Shown: positions 1 through 12,137, counted from the whole stretch's first letter. The stretch is 52,624 nucleotides of DNA, filler included, from Squatina squatina (GCA_031763465.1; 3 parts of 3 records of this genome joined end to end with filler, not necessarily neighbours in it), one strand, 5' to 3'. Translations and numbers: made by a program. Notes: generated by a model not told the origin, from the letters alone.

Positions 1-45
1 AATTATCTGATGTGGGGCATTATAAATTAGATTCTAGGTACATAC

Positions 46-788
46 CAAAGATCGTCTCATCTGCATAAGAATGTTCATGAAACAGTCATAACTGATCATG
101 CCTTCTCGACTCATGGACAGTTTCGTTTTTTCCATGGTGCTAACTACAGCCGATGCAGCCAAAGCCATTTCGATCCATTCCAAAAGGTAACGTAGAGAAC
201 CACGTTGGGCTGCAAGTCCAAGCAGCAACTCTGAAGCCAGTCTTCGTCCCAAAATATCTGCTCCTGAGTTTGGCATTGTTACTCCTTTTAGGAATGTTGT
301 CACTTGAGACAAGCAGTCCAGTCCCATTGCTGGAATTTTACTTTCATTTGCTAAAGATAATGGTGGCAATGAGCTTATCACATCGATTGCTGTATGGATA
401 ACATCATTGCAGAGGTTCAATCCTGGTACTGTGGAAGGCACCATCCAGCTCTGTCGTAATAGTGCAAACAATAAGCTCAGTCCAGTCCGAACCCCCATCT
501 CGATTNNNNNNNNNNCGTTCACTGACAGAGTGGATGTCTGTTGATCCAGAACTGCTTTCAGGTGAATGTTGCTGCTGTTTGACTTTACCTTTGTCATGGT
601 ATTTGTTGGAAAGAGCATAAAAAACACGCTGCAACACCAGCAATCGCTTCCGAAGGGCTGCTGCAAATGGAGAATCTGAGCAAACCATCTTTGCCAGAGC
701 CAGCTGGCTACTAAGGAGAGCATCCAGATAGTGTTCTTGTTCATCGCTAGAGAGGGACTCACGTTCAAAGTCTGGTAACTGGGGTCCC
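46..788 (-). CDS. HERC1: HERC1 E3 ubiquitin ligase, large first coding exon (partial; 5' end lost in gap, internal 10-N gap at 506-515)
   Basis: Translates to GPQLPDFERESLSSDEQEHYLDALLSSQLALAKMVCSDSPFAAALRKRLLVLQRVF...[gap]...IEMGVRTGLSLLFALLRQSW...MQMRRSL, recognised as the HERC1 N-terminus; donor TTG|GTATG at 45; the frame change occurs across the N gap. Confidence 0.95.
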
Positions 789-888
789 NNNNNNNNNNNN
801 NNNNNNNNNNNNNNNNNNNNNNNNNNNNNNNNNNNNNNNNNNNNNNNNNNNNNNNNNNNNNNNNNNNNNNNNNNNNNNNNNNNNNNNN

Positions 889-992
889 TTAGCCATAAGA
901 ACTATATCTAACTCCTTCTTGAATATATTTAATGATTTAGCCTCAACTGCCTTCTGTGGTAGAGAGTTCCACAAGTTCACTACTCTCTGACT
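889..992 (-). mobile_element. CR1-like LINE ORF2 3' fragment
   Basis: SQRVVNLWNSLPQKAVEAKSLNIFKKELD motif typical of CR1 ORF2 C-termini. Confidence 0.85.
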
Positions 993-994
993 CA

Positions 995-3140
995 GATATA
1001 CACACATTTTGTCTTATTTGTTCTGAGGACATCAGCATTGAGAATGCTGGAGTAAACAACCTCAAAAAACACCTGGAAACTTACAAGCATGTAAGTCGGG
1101 CTGATGCTTTGGAAACGCAACGGTCGATAACAGACTTTTTTAGCCCAGATCAACAGGCTTTAGGTCAAAAAGTTACAAATGTTTAAGTACTTTTTTGCCA
1201 AGCCATTGCAGAACAGGAATTAACCATTACATTGGCAGATTATTTCACAAAACTCGTAAAGCTGATGTTTCCTGATTCAAACATTGCAAAAGAATTTTCC
1301 TGTGGGAGTACAAAAATCACTGCAATAATAAAAGCTCTTGCCAACCAACATTCTGAATCAGCTAGAACACATGCTAAAACAGACCCGATCACTTTAACAG
1401 TGGATGAGAGCAATGATGCTTTTAGCGACAAGGAGGTTTCCATTCACACTTGGTACGTTCACCAGATTCTTAAAGTTGTAAAAAAAACATGGAAATATGT
1501 AATATAGCAAATGCAGAAAACCTGTTTAAATTCTGTTTTTGCTAACCACCACATTCTCTTCTGACTCTGCCAACGTCATGATAGGAAGCGTAACTCTGTT
1601 TTAAGTCGGAGAAAACAGCAATCAAGTTCCACGTACAGTCTGCCTTGTGTTTCTCACATTGTGCACCTTGCAGCGAAGGATGCTGTTAAAGCAATCTCAA
1701 AACCAGTGGAAGATCTGCTCGTGGACATACTTTATTACTTTAGTGGTAGCGTGAAACGGAATGAGGAGTACAAGCAACACCAGCAGTGGTGTGATGCAGA
1801 CGAGCTTCAGCTAATAAAACGCGCAGGAACAAGGTGGCTCCGACTCTGCCAAGCAGTCACAAGATGTAATAACCAGTGGGAGCCCCTTAAAGCCTATTTG
1901 GAAGCGATAATGAAACAGAACAACCTGGCCGAGTTCAGCGAATTTACACCTACACACAAGACGAGGAAATGCACCTTTGCTTTCTTTTTTTGGAACATGG
2001 GCTGGATGATTTAATAGCCCTATGATTTTTTTTTCAAGCTGATGAGTTGTGATTTGAGAGATGTGTTATATCTGGACTTTCAGAAGGCTTTCAACAAGGT
2101 CCCACATAAGAGATTAGTGTGCAAANNNNNNNNNNNNNNNNNNNNNNNNNNNNNNNNNNNNNNNNNNNNNNNNNNNNNNNNNNNNNNNNNNNNNNNNNNN
2201 NNNNNNNNNNNNNNNNNNNNNNNNNTATGTGGGACCTTGTCCCACATAATAGAACAATCTGGCCGAGTTCAGCGAATTTACACCTACATACAAGACGAGG
2301 AAATGCACCTTTACTTTTTTTTTAAATGGGTTGGACAATTTATTAGCCTACAATCTTTTTTTTCAAGCCAAGGATTTAACTCTGGGAAGAAAACATTCGA
2401 CTGCTAAAAATCCTGCTCCATCGATTTGTCAAGTTGCATGTGGTAAGCAGTACGAATGATGCAAACATGGTGGGTTTCCAAGATTTAACAAAACAAGAAG
2501 TTGTGTATTGGCATTAAAGCTAAAATGTTTACTGCTGCTAACGGAGATTTAGACAATGCAACACTTCAGAGGCTTTATGCTGGAGTCAGAGTTTTATTCT
2601 GCAGCTGTCCAGAAACTACTAAAGAACTTATCAAAAGCAGACAAACTTCTTCAGGCATTGTGACTGCTACATCCGGCTAAAAAACTCGATTATGATGAAG
2701 ATACAGTTATTAATCTACTGACAAAATTTCGACGCATAACTAAGTCTGAGGATGTAACACAAACAACTGTGATGAGTGGAACCAGTATCAAGTAAATTTT
2801 CAACTGTCTGTTTTTTAGCCAGGGTTAACAAAACTGGATAAGTGGTGAGGGCAAGTAACAAAATGGGGGCACAAGAAAAGCAGTATCCAGCTCTTTGGAA
2901 ATTGATTACTACACTTCTGATTCTCCCTTATGATCAGGCTAGCATGGAGAGTGTTGTCTCCCTAATGTGGAGAAACAAAACCATTTTCCGATTCAGAATG
3001 AGCAGCAAAATTTTAGCTGCTGTACTTGTAACAAAAATAAATGATCTGGCCTGCTGTGAAATGAAACATTCCCAACAGCTACTGGAAATTGATAAATGTG
3101 CAGCACTCCAGCAGATATCATTCCAATCACAGTTTTTGTA
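995..3140 (+). mobile_element. Decayed hAT-superfamily DNA transposase (frameshifted, with stops)
   Basis: BED-like CxxC...LKKHLETYKH; MFPDSNIAKEFSCGSTKITAII; TVDES catalytic-type motif; HLAAK; TRWL; C-terminal dimerisation-like segment (YPALWKL...LILPYDQASMESVVS...R) spread over several broken ORFs. Confidence 0.85.
2055..2125 (+). mobile_element. CR1 LINE reverse-transcriptase fragment within the hAT remnant
   Basis: DVLYLDFQKAFNKVPHKRLVCK matches the RT LDFxKAFDxVxH motif. Confidence 0.85.
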
Positions 3141-4000
3141 ACTTTAAACTGAGATGCATGGCAGCGTGGTGATAATGGATAGGAGTTTTAAAACGTTTTT
3201 TGTAAAGTATTTTCAGATGCAATAATATAGTTTTTGTAAAGAGCAGTGACCTGTTAGAGGTTAAATAAAGCCACTAATGGGCCTAGAAATTGGGCTTCTC
3301 TTCACCATCCGTTTGTGCCGCTGTCCTGGGGAAAATGGCGGCCGCAACTAGAGNNNNNNNNNNNNNNNNNNNNNNNNNNNNNNNNNNNNNNNNNNNNNNN
3401 NNNNNNNNNNNNNNNNNNNNNNNNNNNNNNNNNNNNNNNNNNNNNNNNNNNNNCGTTCACTTTTCACCAGTGTACAACTCACATCTAAATCTTCCATATG
3501 ACATGACAAAAACAGATACATCTATAGAATTACAAGATTGTGTAACATTAATTAATTGGTAAATTCAGCGTTCCCAATGGGAACCACAATTAAAGGATGA
3601 ATAAGTTGGAGAAAAGGCTCCAACACCGATTCTCCAACTCAGTGTCTCGGAGTATAATCTCCTGGTTGGGAGTGCAGGACTGCTGAACTTACCCTTACAT
3701 AATTTCTGTTAGTAATTCAATTTTTTCTTTTAAGTGTGCTTCACTCAACTTGATAAAAATCAACACTGAAGTAATTATGTCACAAAAGTTGAATGTTCTG
3801 ATTTTTGTTTGTAAGTCAGTTTTATAAATAAAGTTAACAAATAGTTGTCAACTTTGGCCATCAATTTGAATTTAAATAAAGTCGGCTCTTTAGTGAAATA
3901 CAAATACATTTTCCCCAAACGGTTATCTTTCTGTGGGACAGACAGAGAAAAGCTGACTGCAACATCACATATGAAAGTGGTGTCATCAGACCTCCTCAAT

Positions 4001-4645
4001 CTAACTGTAATCACTTGACTCCGATACATTTAGGCTGGTGATAAGTTCTCCATTGCATGTGCCGTTTAACAGATCCTTCCAAGTTTCATTCAGATCTTTG
4101 TTGAAGACAGAAGCAAAGTCTCCATTCATATATACTTCACTGATGTGCTCAGCTTGAAAAGAGCGAATTACTTCCTGGACCCATTTCAATTCAGCAGAGA
4201 TCTCTTGATTCAGAGACTCAAACTGAGATTTTAGTTCAGCGTACTTTGCATCGACTGTGTTCAGCGTGCTATTCACGCCCTTTATCTCATCTTGCAGTTG
4301 CTTCTTCCTGGATTCGGCTTTACGATATTCATACCTGATCTGGGAAAGATCATGCCGGACACTTTCATTTTCCTCCTTGTACCAGGATTCCTTTTCATTA
4401 TAAATTGAAATCAATGCATCAATATCTTCCTGAAGGGAATCGTGCGCTGAAGTGAGCCCACTGAAGGTTGTCTCCATCACAGAGAGGTCCTCCACCACTT
4501 GGGCAAATCTTTCAAAGTTAACATAGGTGTTATTAGGTGGCATGCTGGAGTGAGATTTGATGGTGTATTCTTTCAGACGCTTGGTCTTCAGCTGCCTGCG
4601 TTCCTGTTTCTTGCTCTCCCTGGTTTTCTGTTCTTTTTGATGAGA
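4001..4645 (-). CDS. DAPK2: DAPK2 alternative terminal exon encoding a ZIPK/DAPK3-like coiled-coil tail (DRP-1beta type)
   Basis: Acceptor GAAG|TCT at 4646; 645 nt open frame SHQKEQK...ERRQLKTKRLKEYTIKSHSSMPPNNTYVNFERF...YNEKESWYKEE...SSDYS*; same strand as and downstream of the DAPK2 kinase exon; next to HERC1. Confidence 0.85.
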   Translation of the reverse strand, partial: SHQKEQKTRESKKQERRQLKTKRLKEYTIKSHSSMPPNNTYVNFERFAQVVEDLSVMETTFSGLTSAHDSLQEDIDALISIYNEKESWYKEENESVRHDLSQIRYEYRKAESRKKQLQDEIKGVNSTLNTVDAKYAELKSQFESLNQEISAELKWVQEVIRSFQAEHISEVYMNGDFASVFNKDLNETWKDLLNGTCNGELITSLNVSESSDYS

Positions 4646-5400
4646 CTTCAGTGGATCAGACAGAAGAGTTTCAGATTATTGAGGAGCACAATGCAAACGG
4701 GTGGGCTGCACACACGGCAGTAATGCGATACAAGTCCCATTCCAGCATTCCACAATCACTACAGTTAGTGCACTCCACACAAGCCTTTCCGGTTTAAAGG
4801 TTGTGCAATGGGACACACAAGATAACATTTCAAACAACACACACGACTTACTGTGCATGCAAACTGGTGGTGTTAGTTTGATTTTCAATGCAGACTTGGA
4901 TTGGAATTCTAGTTAGCTTCCAGATTACCAACAGCTTAAATTGACGGCATATTAAGACTGCAGTTCACTCAAAGCAGGGCTGAAATAAACTCAAACAGTT
5001 CACCCTAATGCTCCATGTGTTAGAATGCTATTTGTTTGCTGAAACTGGGATTTTGCCTCTGAAACAGATCCCCAACTCAAAGCCAAGTGTAAGAAGCTTC
5101 AGAAAGAATCAATATTTTATGTGACCCGTGGAATCTAAAGATGAAAATCACGCGATCGCTTCACTGCGTGCAGATTAACGCGCAGGCTGTCAAACAACAG
5201 TGGCACACACACTGCAGCAAGAAACGCAATTCATTTCTACACGGATGCGAAGACTTACCATTATCCCTGGGTGTGAAAGAGCAGCTCTGATGTTTAGCCT
5301 NNNNNNNNNNNNNNNNNNNNNNNNNNNNNNNNNNNNNNNNNNNNNNNNNNNNNNNNNNNNNNNNNNNNNNNNNNNNNNNNNNNNNNNNNNNNNNNNNNNN

Positions 5401-5449
<49 letters not shown>
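5401..5449. repeat. (GA)n microsatellite at contig edge
   Basis: Direct observation. Confidence 0.95.
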
Positions 5450-5452
<3 letters not shown>

Positions 5453-5676
5453 ATAGAACAAATGAGGAATATTGATCAATGCGAAGTGTTTTGAATATTG
5501 TGAAAATCTTTAAATTAGAGACGAATGCTGCTGCTCATCAACACTGATAAAAATAATTTAATTCCCGGTATTAGCAGAGTTCCGTTTCAGCAACTCATTG
5601 CTCAGGATTATTAATACTATCCTTCCTGTTCTGATCCTCTTTATCCCACCAACAGAAAAGGAAATCCTTTTACTCA

Positions 5677-5931
<255 letters not shown>

Positions 5932-5997
5932 TTAGAATCTGATCTGCTGATAATAGCTTTTGGTGTCAGAACAGCAACTAATATCTGCACGTATACA

Positions 5998-6230
5998 AGT
6001 GTCAGCTTGGCTCAGTGTCAGCGATCTGGAGTCAGAGGTTCGGAGTTCAAGTCCTACGCTGGGACTTGAGCACAACAATCTAGTCTAACTCTTCACTGCA
6101 GTTCTGAGTGAGTGCTGCATTGTTGGAAATGCCATTTTTCAGACGAGATGTTAAACCAAATGTAAAGAGCAGGAAATTCTCTTAATGTTCTGGCCAACAT
6201 TCTTCTCTAAGCCATCACCATAAAATAGAT
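5998..6230 (+). mobile_element. tRNA-derived SINE with Deu-domain-like core (SacSINE1/DeuSINE-like)
   Basis: A-box-like TGGCTCAGTG, B-box-like GAGTTCAAGTCC, then TGCAGTTCTGAGTGAGTGCTGCATTGTTGGA...GAGATGTTAAACC resembling the DeuSINE core. Confidence 0.65.
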
Positions 6231-6867
6231 TGAACATGGGGACTGCAAAACAGAAAAAGACCAAGGCCCACCTCGTTCTCCTACCGTCCTGGTAGTCACA
6301 TGATAATGGAGTTGTTGACCAATCACATCAATCAATCTCTATCAATGAGTCTATATCACACCCAGACACGAGGTGAGGAAAACCCCAGTGGTGGAGAGCG
6401 TGAGGCACCAGACGTCCAAACTCACCTGTTCCTCCTGAGCTCGCTGCACTCAACACATCCCATCTCAAATTACTCATACTGCATCCCAAAATGTTATTTG
6501 ACTTGGGTTTGCTTAACTATACGAGTTCAAGTTTTTTTCTTATACACACAGTTTACCATTGGTCCAATGCACCAAAGTGCCATTAAAAAAAAAAAATTGG
6601 AGTACATTTTCCATGTGGGATACNNNNNNNNNNNNNNNNNNNNNNNNNNNNNNNNNNNNNNNNNNNNNNNNNNNNNNNNNNNNNNNNNNNNNNNNNNNNN
6701 NNNNNNNNNNNNNNNNNNNNNNNAAGCTTTCTATGTAATGAAGCTATATTTTCAAGATTAGTTGGTGGGTTACTTTCCACGTGAGGGTGTGCACGAGTAA
6801 ATGTAATAGAGTAGGACTAGCTTACTGATAACTCAAGACTTCTATCCAAACACGAGTAAGTTCACAC

Positions 6868-7362
6868 CTGTTTAAGCCTTGGCAGTATCCTACATCGGGG
6901 TTCCTCCAGGAAAAAGCCAACAGAATGTTTCGAAGTTTTTGTATTCCTTCCGAGGTTGGCGAGGCATAGTGCTTATTGTTTGGCAAAGTGCGCATAAGAT
7001 CCAGCTCAATCTGTTTTGAAGCAGGGTTCTGTTTCTCTCGTGCTTTCTCCAGCAACGAGTTAAAATACCCAGAACTGCATTTATCCCTGTATTTTCTGAC
7101 ATGGAGGTGGACACACCACTTCCAGACTTTTGAGCGATGTTCATGTGGAACGCCCCAGCGAATGAGGCTCTTCAGCTCCGGTGAGCGCACCATTTCTCGG
7201 TTCATGGTGCCAGCAAAGTAATTCGCCCACTTGACTCCCATGGAAATTTCCTGGCCATCGGTGAGCGACAGAGATTTTAAATCTAGAGCCCGAACTTTGG
7301 CAACCAACTTCTCCTCTTCATCATCTTCAGGGACGGTCTTGAAGCCATATACATCATACTCA
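6868..7362 (-). CDS. TBC1D2B: TBC1D2B exon, start of Rab-GAP TBC domain
   Basis: 495-nt exon with CAG|/|GT boundaries; EYDVYGF...LIRWGVPHEHRSKVW...QIELDLMRTLPNN (IxxDxxR)...GYCQGLN (YxQ). Confidence 0.93.
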
Positions 7363-8219
7363 CTGGAATCAAAAAGACCAAATGTTTTACAGTGGAAAAA
7401 GTACTTCACTTTTTAAAACAGAGATTAAAAAATAACATTTATCAAAAGGAGATTGTGTACCAAAGGTACAACTAACATTCAAGCTCTTTAATGTCTCTCC
7501 CATTCATATTACTTCCCATTTTAAGCTCTCCCTACTTGCCATTTTTGCAGTAACTGAGGGTGGGGTTCATTGCTGTTGTTAATAAATGGAATTGCTGCTC
7601 TTTGTCTAAATTTATCGAGCCATCGAAATTAATTGTAGGTTTCTGGTCCCAATCTCAAGGATACAAGTCCTCATGTGATAATCAGGCACAGAAAGTATGG
7701 GTTTCACTTTTCCTGTTCGCTTTGCCCGTGGTGCCTATGGTTTAGAACTTGGTGCAAGTTTCATAGCTGGACGTCAGCTTGAGTTTAACTCAATATCCAA
7801 ACAAATGTCTATTTCTTTACAGCTCTAAAAAGATTCTTGCCAGATGCAGGTAACATACTTGNNNNNNNNNNNNNNNNNNNNNNNNNNNNNNNNNNNNNNN
7901 NNNNNNNNNNNNNNNNNNNNNNNNNNNNNNNNNNNNNNNNNNNNNNNNNNNNNNNNNNNNNTCAGAGATGGACCGGTCGGATGTAGACTCGACAGGACAG
8001 GAGGTCTGCTGGGAAATCTAACCTACATGTCAGTACTCCAAAGTGCCGCGCTATTTTGTCACCTATTATTATGCACTTCCTAAATACAAACTGCCTTTAA
8101 TCACTCTCTGGGATCTTTGATTTCCACCCGTACCAATTTGTATTTTGAAAGGTTCAATTGCCTTATCTGGAGAGATGGTGAGAATCGTAAAGAATACCTT
8201 TAGTCTTTCAGAACCTTAC

Positions 8220-8437
8220 CTTTTGACTGCCTAAATCTTCTTTCACCTTGTTCAGTTCCTCCTGCTGAGCTTGAATTCTGGACTGAATTTCTGTTGATGC
8301 CTTTCCATTAGTAACGATCCATTCCACAGGTGATGACTCAGTACTATTACGGCTCTTTGATGTTCCAATCATGTCTCTCAGGAACGGGCGTTTAGGTCTT
8401 TGTGACATTCTTGTAAAATCAAAAGGAAATGCTGATC
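8220..8437 (-). CDS. TBC1D2B: TBC1D2B upstream exon (linker and coiled coil)
   Basis: TAG|...|GTAAG; GSAFPFDF...KRPFLRDMIG...QAQQEELNKVKEDLGSQK resembles TBC1D2B QSQQEELEQLKKDLSSQK; correct exon order. Confidence 0.85.
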
Positions 8438-8641
8438 CTACAGAAAATACCAACAAATTTTTCCAGATATAAACAAGTCTATTTTATTGCTCACAAAACA
8501 ATTAAAACACAGATCAGATAGAGTTAAATGCTTTAAAATACNNNNNNNNNNNNNNNNNNNNNNNNNNNNNNNNNNNNNNNNNNNNNNNNNNNNNNNNNNN
8601 NNNNNNNNNNNNNNNNNNNNNNNNNNNNNNNNNNNNNNNNN

Positions 8642-8770
8642 CATAACCCTCTATTCCCTTCTCCCTCATTTGCTTGTCTAGCCTCCCCTTAAATCCATCT
8701 ATACTATTCGCTCCAACCACTCCCTGTGGTAGCGACTTCCACATTCTCACCACTCTCTGGGTGAAGAAGT
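8642..8770 (-). mobile_element. CR1-like LINE 3' fragment
   Basis: FFTQRVVRMWKSLPQGVVGANSIDGFKGRLDKQMREKGIEGY. Confidence 0.85.
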
Positions 8771-9445
8771 TATGAGCAGCACTGACCAAGAACACAACTT
8801 GAGCTGTTAGTTTGCTTTCAATTATTTATTAAGACAACAAGCAACGGAAAAGCCATATATTCAAAATATACCCAGAGATTTCCGACGAGGAGCGACACTG
8901 GAAAAGGAGATATCAGTGGACATCGCTTGCTCACATTCAATTGCAACAAACCAAACCAACAAAAAAAATCAAAGAGAGTATTCAACAGAAAAGCAATAAA
9001 CGGCAAATCGGGATCCTCCAAGTGAGAATGGGTCCAAGCAGAGTAATGATAGAGCCCTTCCACCGACTGTATTACAGTCACATGATTGTCATTGTGCTCC
9101 AGTACCTCACCGATACCGGAATAGAAAAATGGGAAAGCAGAAGGGAGATAAAAGGTCACATTCATGCACTTTTATGATCAAGATTGCATAGCTCTTAAAG
9201 AAATGGTCTTCAGTCTCTCCTTGGTACTGGCGCCGTTAGACACACTAGCCAGTCAAAATCCATCCACCACAGTGTAACCATTTCAAGCACAGGGAGTAGG
9301 ACACTGAGCCTGTCACAACAGCAAAATCCACGTGTTCCTGCTACANNNNNNNNNNNNNNNNNNNNNNNNNNNNNNNNNNNNNNNNNNNNNNNNNNNNNNN
9401 NNNNNNNNNNNNNNNNNNNNNNNNNNNNNNNNNNNNNNNNNNNNN

Positions 9446-9670
9446 ACTCTTTGGAATTCTTTACCCCAGAGAGCTGTGGAGGCTGAGTCATTGAATATAT
9501 TCAAGGCTCTGAGGGAGACAGATTTTTGATCAACAAGGGAATCAAAGGATATGGAGAACAGGCAGGAAAGTGGAGTTGAGGCGAGTATCCGATCAGCCAT
9601 GATCTCATTAAAAGACGGGGCAGGCTCGGGCCGAATGGCCTATTCCTGCTCCTATTTCTTATGTTCTTAT
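9446..9670 (+). mobile_element. CR1-like LINE 3' end with UTR and (TTCTTATG)n-like tail
   Basis: LWNSLPQRAVEAESLNIFK, then GGCCGAATGGCCTATTCCTGCTCCTATTTCTTATGTTCTTATG. Confidence 0.85.
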
Positions 9671-9732
9671 GTAATATCAGGTCTTTATCTCTGCTTCTGG
9701 TAACTGAACCATATTTATTTTTCTGTTTACAG

Positions 9733-9816
9733 GTGCTGACCAAAGATCTTGGCGGCAATTCTAAATGCTCTGAGTTCACCAATGAAATCTGCCGAAGAGT
9801 GAGGGATCAAGATTGA
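9733..9816 (+). CDS. IDH3A: IDH3A last coding exon
   Basis: Not in ORF track; acceptor TTTACAG|, [27 protein letters not shown] matches the IDH3A C-terminus; AATAAA at 10192-10197; expected position between TBC1D2B and DNAJA4. Confidence 0.93.
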   Translation: MLTKDLGGNSKCSEFTNEICRRVRDQD

Positions 9817-11060
9817 GTCGCCATCCTGTTTGCTGTCTGGCCCGTATCCCATTGGTTATCCTGTGAAACTAGCGCTGCTGTATGTCAATCCATGACTCCC
9901 ATGTAAACCATTGCTGTAAATTGTCATTTAAATGTCCTGCTACTCTGCATCATATTACTACTTTTGGTTGAAACCTATCATGTGCTGTCTTTAGTGCCAT
10001 TCTGATTTGTTCTCTATTTATTGAGAGTTTTTTTTGTCCAGACCCACAGAGTATTTTTTTTTAATATAGAAAGGTATTAGAAAGATTGGGCATGAGATTT
10101 CATTGTTTACTTCCATTCCATTTGATTAAAACTGACTTCAAAATGGCTTCTTGCGTTCTAACTCCTTGACAGGCTGTTTAAAGTTCTTCAAAATAAAGAT
10201 ATAAAGCTGCTTCCATTCTGCTGTTGAAGATGGGCGTTTCATCTTTTGCACCAGTTTAGAAAACATCGCACTGGAAGCTGGCCCTGCCCACAACACTGGC
10301 CACACCCCCAGATCGCATTAATCGTCATGGCGAGTTTCCCCTAATTGCGCTCGTTTGCTGGCCTGTGGACATACTCTTGAAATATGTTTTTTTTGGGCGC
10401 AAGGACACCTTTTAAAAGTTTTTAATATTTTAAAATTTACTGAAAAAGTGATTACCGGACACCAATATAACTAGGAAATGGTTCTGTATAGTTTTTAAGT
10501 CATTTTCAGTTATTTAAAATTGGAATTCTCACAGGTAGCAGATGAGAGAGACTGATTAAAATGCATATTTTTTGTGATAAACCCATTCTCAGCTGTTTTA
10601 ATGAAACTGTACCAAGTAAATATATCAAGGAAGATTTTTGAATGCAATTTTTTAAAATTACATTCTAAAAAAAACGCTCGATTGCTCTGGGTCAGGGCAG
10701 ATTTTGCACAGCCATATGCAAATGAGTGAGCGGAAACGTGGGCAAAAAATTCACTTTCCAAAAGTAGCGTGATTCTGAGTGCCCGGCGTGCCGGTGGCAC
10801 CCAAAGCGGAANNNNNNNNNNNNNNNNNNNNNNNNNNNNNNNNNNNNNNNNNNNNNNNNNNNNNNNNNNNNNNNNNNNNNNNNNNNNNNNNNNNNNNNNN
10901 NNNNNNNNNNNGGTGGTTCTACAATCCCAAAATTCATCACCTTTGTGAAAATTGAGAATACTTACTGAACATTTCTGCCATTCTTCACTATCATTATTGA
11001 CCTATACAGAGCTTCTTTAAACTAAATTTCTGTACCAAAATGTTTGTCATTTTGTTTTAG

Positions 11061-11161
11061 GTGAAGTTATAAGAGTGGGCAGCCTTAAAAGTGTTGGTAA
11101 TGAAGGTATGCCTATTTACAGAGATCCATTTGAAAAAGGACAACTGATTATTCAGTTCTCG
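11061..11161 (+). CDS. DNAJA4: DNAJA4 (Hsp40 A-type) penultimate exon
   Basis: TTTTAG|...|GTAAGT; GEVIRVGSLKSVGNEGMPIYRDPFEKGQLIIQFS (NEGMPIY motif); paralog assigned by synteny. Confidence 0.85.
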
Positions 11162-11243
11162 GTAAGTGTTAACACAGAATGTTATGGGTACTTAAGATGC
11201 GGTTTGTGATTGCTGTGTAGTTATGCTCTTGCCTCGTTTGCAG

Positions 11244-11439
11244 GTGAAGTTTCCACCATATGGCTGGATTCCAGCACCCAGCTTGACTGAGTTGGAGGAT
11301 CTGCTTCCGCCACGTCAGGAGGTGATGATCACTGATGACATGGAACAGGTGGAGTTAACAGAATGTCTCCCGGAGGAGCAACGCAAAAGTTACTGTGGGG
11401 AAGCATACGAGGAAGATCAGAAACCTAGAGGAGGTGTTC
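11244..11439 (+). CDS. DNAJA4: DNAJA4 last exon (truncated by gap just before the CaaX)
   Basis: Follows an 82-nt intron; VKFPPYGW...LEDLLPPRQEVMITDDMEQVEL...EAYEED...RGGV. Confidence 0.85.
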
Positions 11440-11539
11440 NNNNNNNNNNNNNNNNNNNNNNNNNNNNNNNNNNNNNNNNNNNNNNNNNNNNNNNNNNNNN
11501 NNNNNNNNNNNNNNNNNNNNNNNNNNNNNNNNNNNNNNN

Positions 11540-11720
11540 GAGGTAGGAGGTGGTTTCGGGAGGAACACCAGAGCTCAGGGCCTCAGCAGCTGAAGGCACG
11601 GCCACCAACGGTGGAGCGATGTAAATCGGGAATGCGCAAAAGGCCAGAATTGGAGGAGCGCAGAGATCTCAGAGTTGTCAGGCTGGAGGAGGTTACAGAG
11701 ATAGGAAGGGGTGAGGCCAT
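11540..11720 (-). mobile_element. L2-like LINE 3' ORF fragment
   Basis: Reverse strand reads ...GGRAFSC*GP.LW...LP-like L2 C-terminal motif. Confidence 0.55.
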
Positions 11721-11988
11721 AAGAGTCCATCCAGTTCATATAACACTGGGCTTTTAATATTAACGGCCCCAGGTTATGCTACCCCATGACTAGATTTTGG
11801 GCTGTGAAGATAAACTCCCGAATGTAGGGGACGCACGGAGAAACTAGTCAAGCTGAACAGACGAGAATATCCTGAGTAGACCTAAAAGTAACACAAACAC
11901 ATCTTCACCAGAACCAGGCTTCAGTCCGCCCTCAGTGCAGGGCAACAACGTCCACTGTGAATAAAATTCCTCCTCTGGTTTGTCTTAC

Positions 11989-12137
11989 ATATGCAATACT
12001 GAGGATGAATTTTCCTCTTGTATCCAGGGAAGATTCTTTCTTTCCACTTTCAACGCCAAATATATTAACTTTCCCCAGGTGACTCACTGTTGCTAAAAAC
12101 TTGCCATCTGGAGAGAAGGCCACAGACCAGGCATCAA
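11989..12137 (-). CDS. WDR61: WDR61/SKIC8 internal exon
   Basis: TTTCAG|...|GTAAG; [49 protein letters not shown]. Confidence 0.95.

Noticed and set aside
506-515. Apparent HERC1 frameshift
   Set aside because: The 10-N placeholder underestimates the missing segment (about RPRSSTDAL); both sides are intact.
8818-9165. 115-aa minus-strand ORF where SH2D7/CIB2 might be expected
   Set aside because: No recognisable similarity and no convincing acceptor/donor pair.
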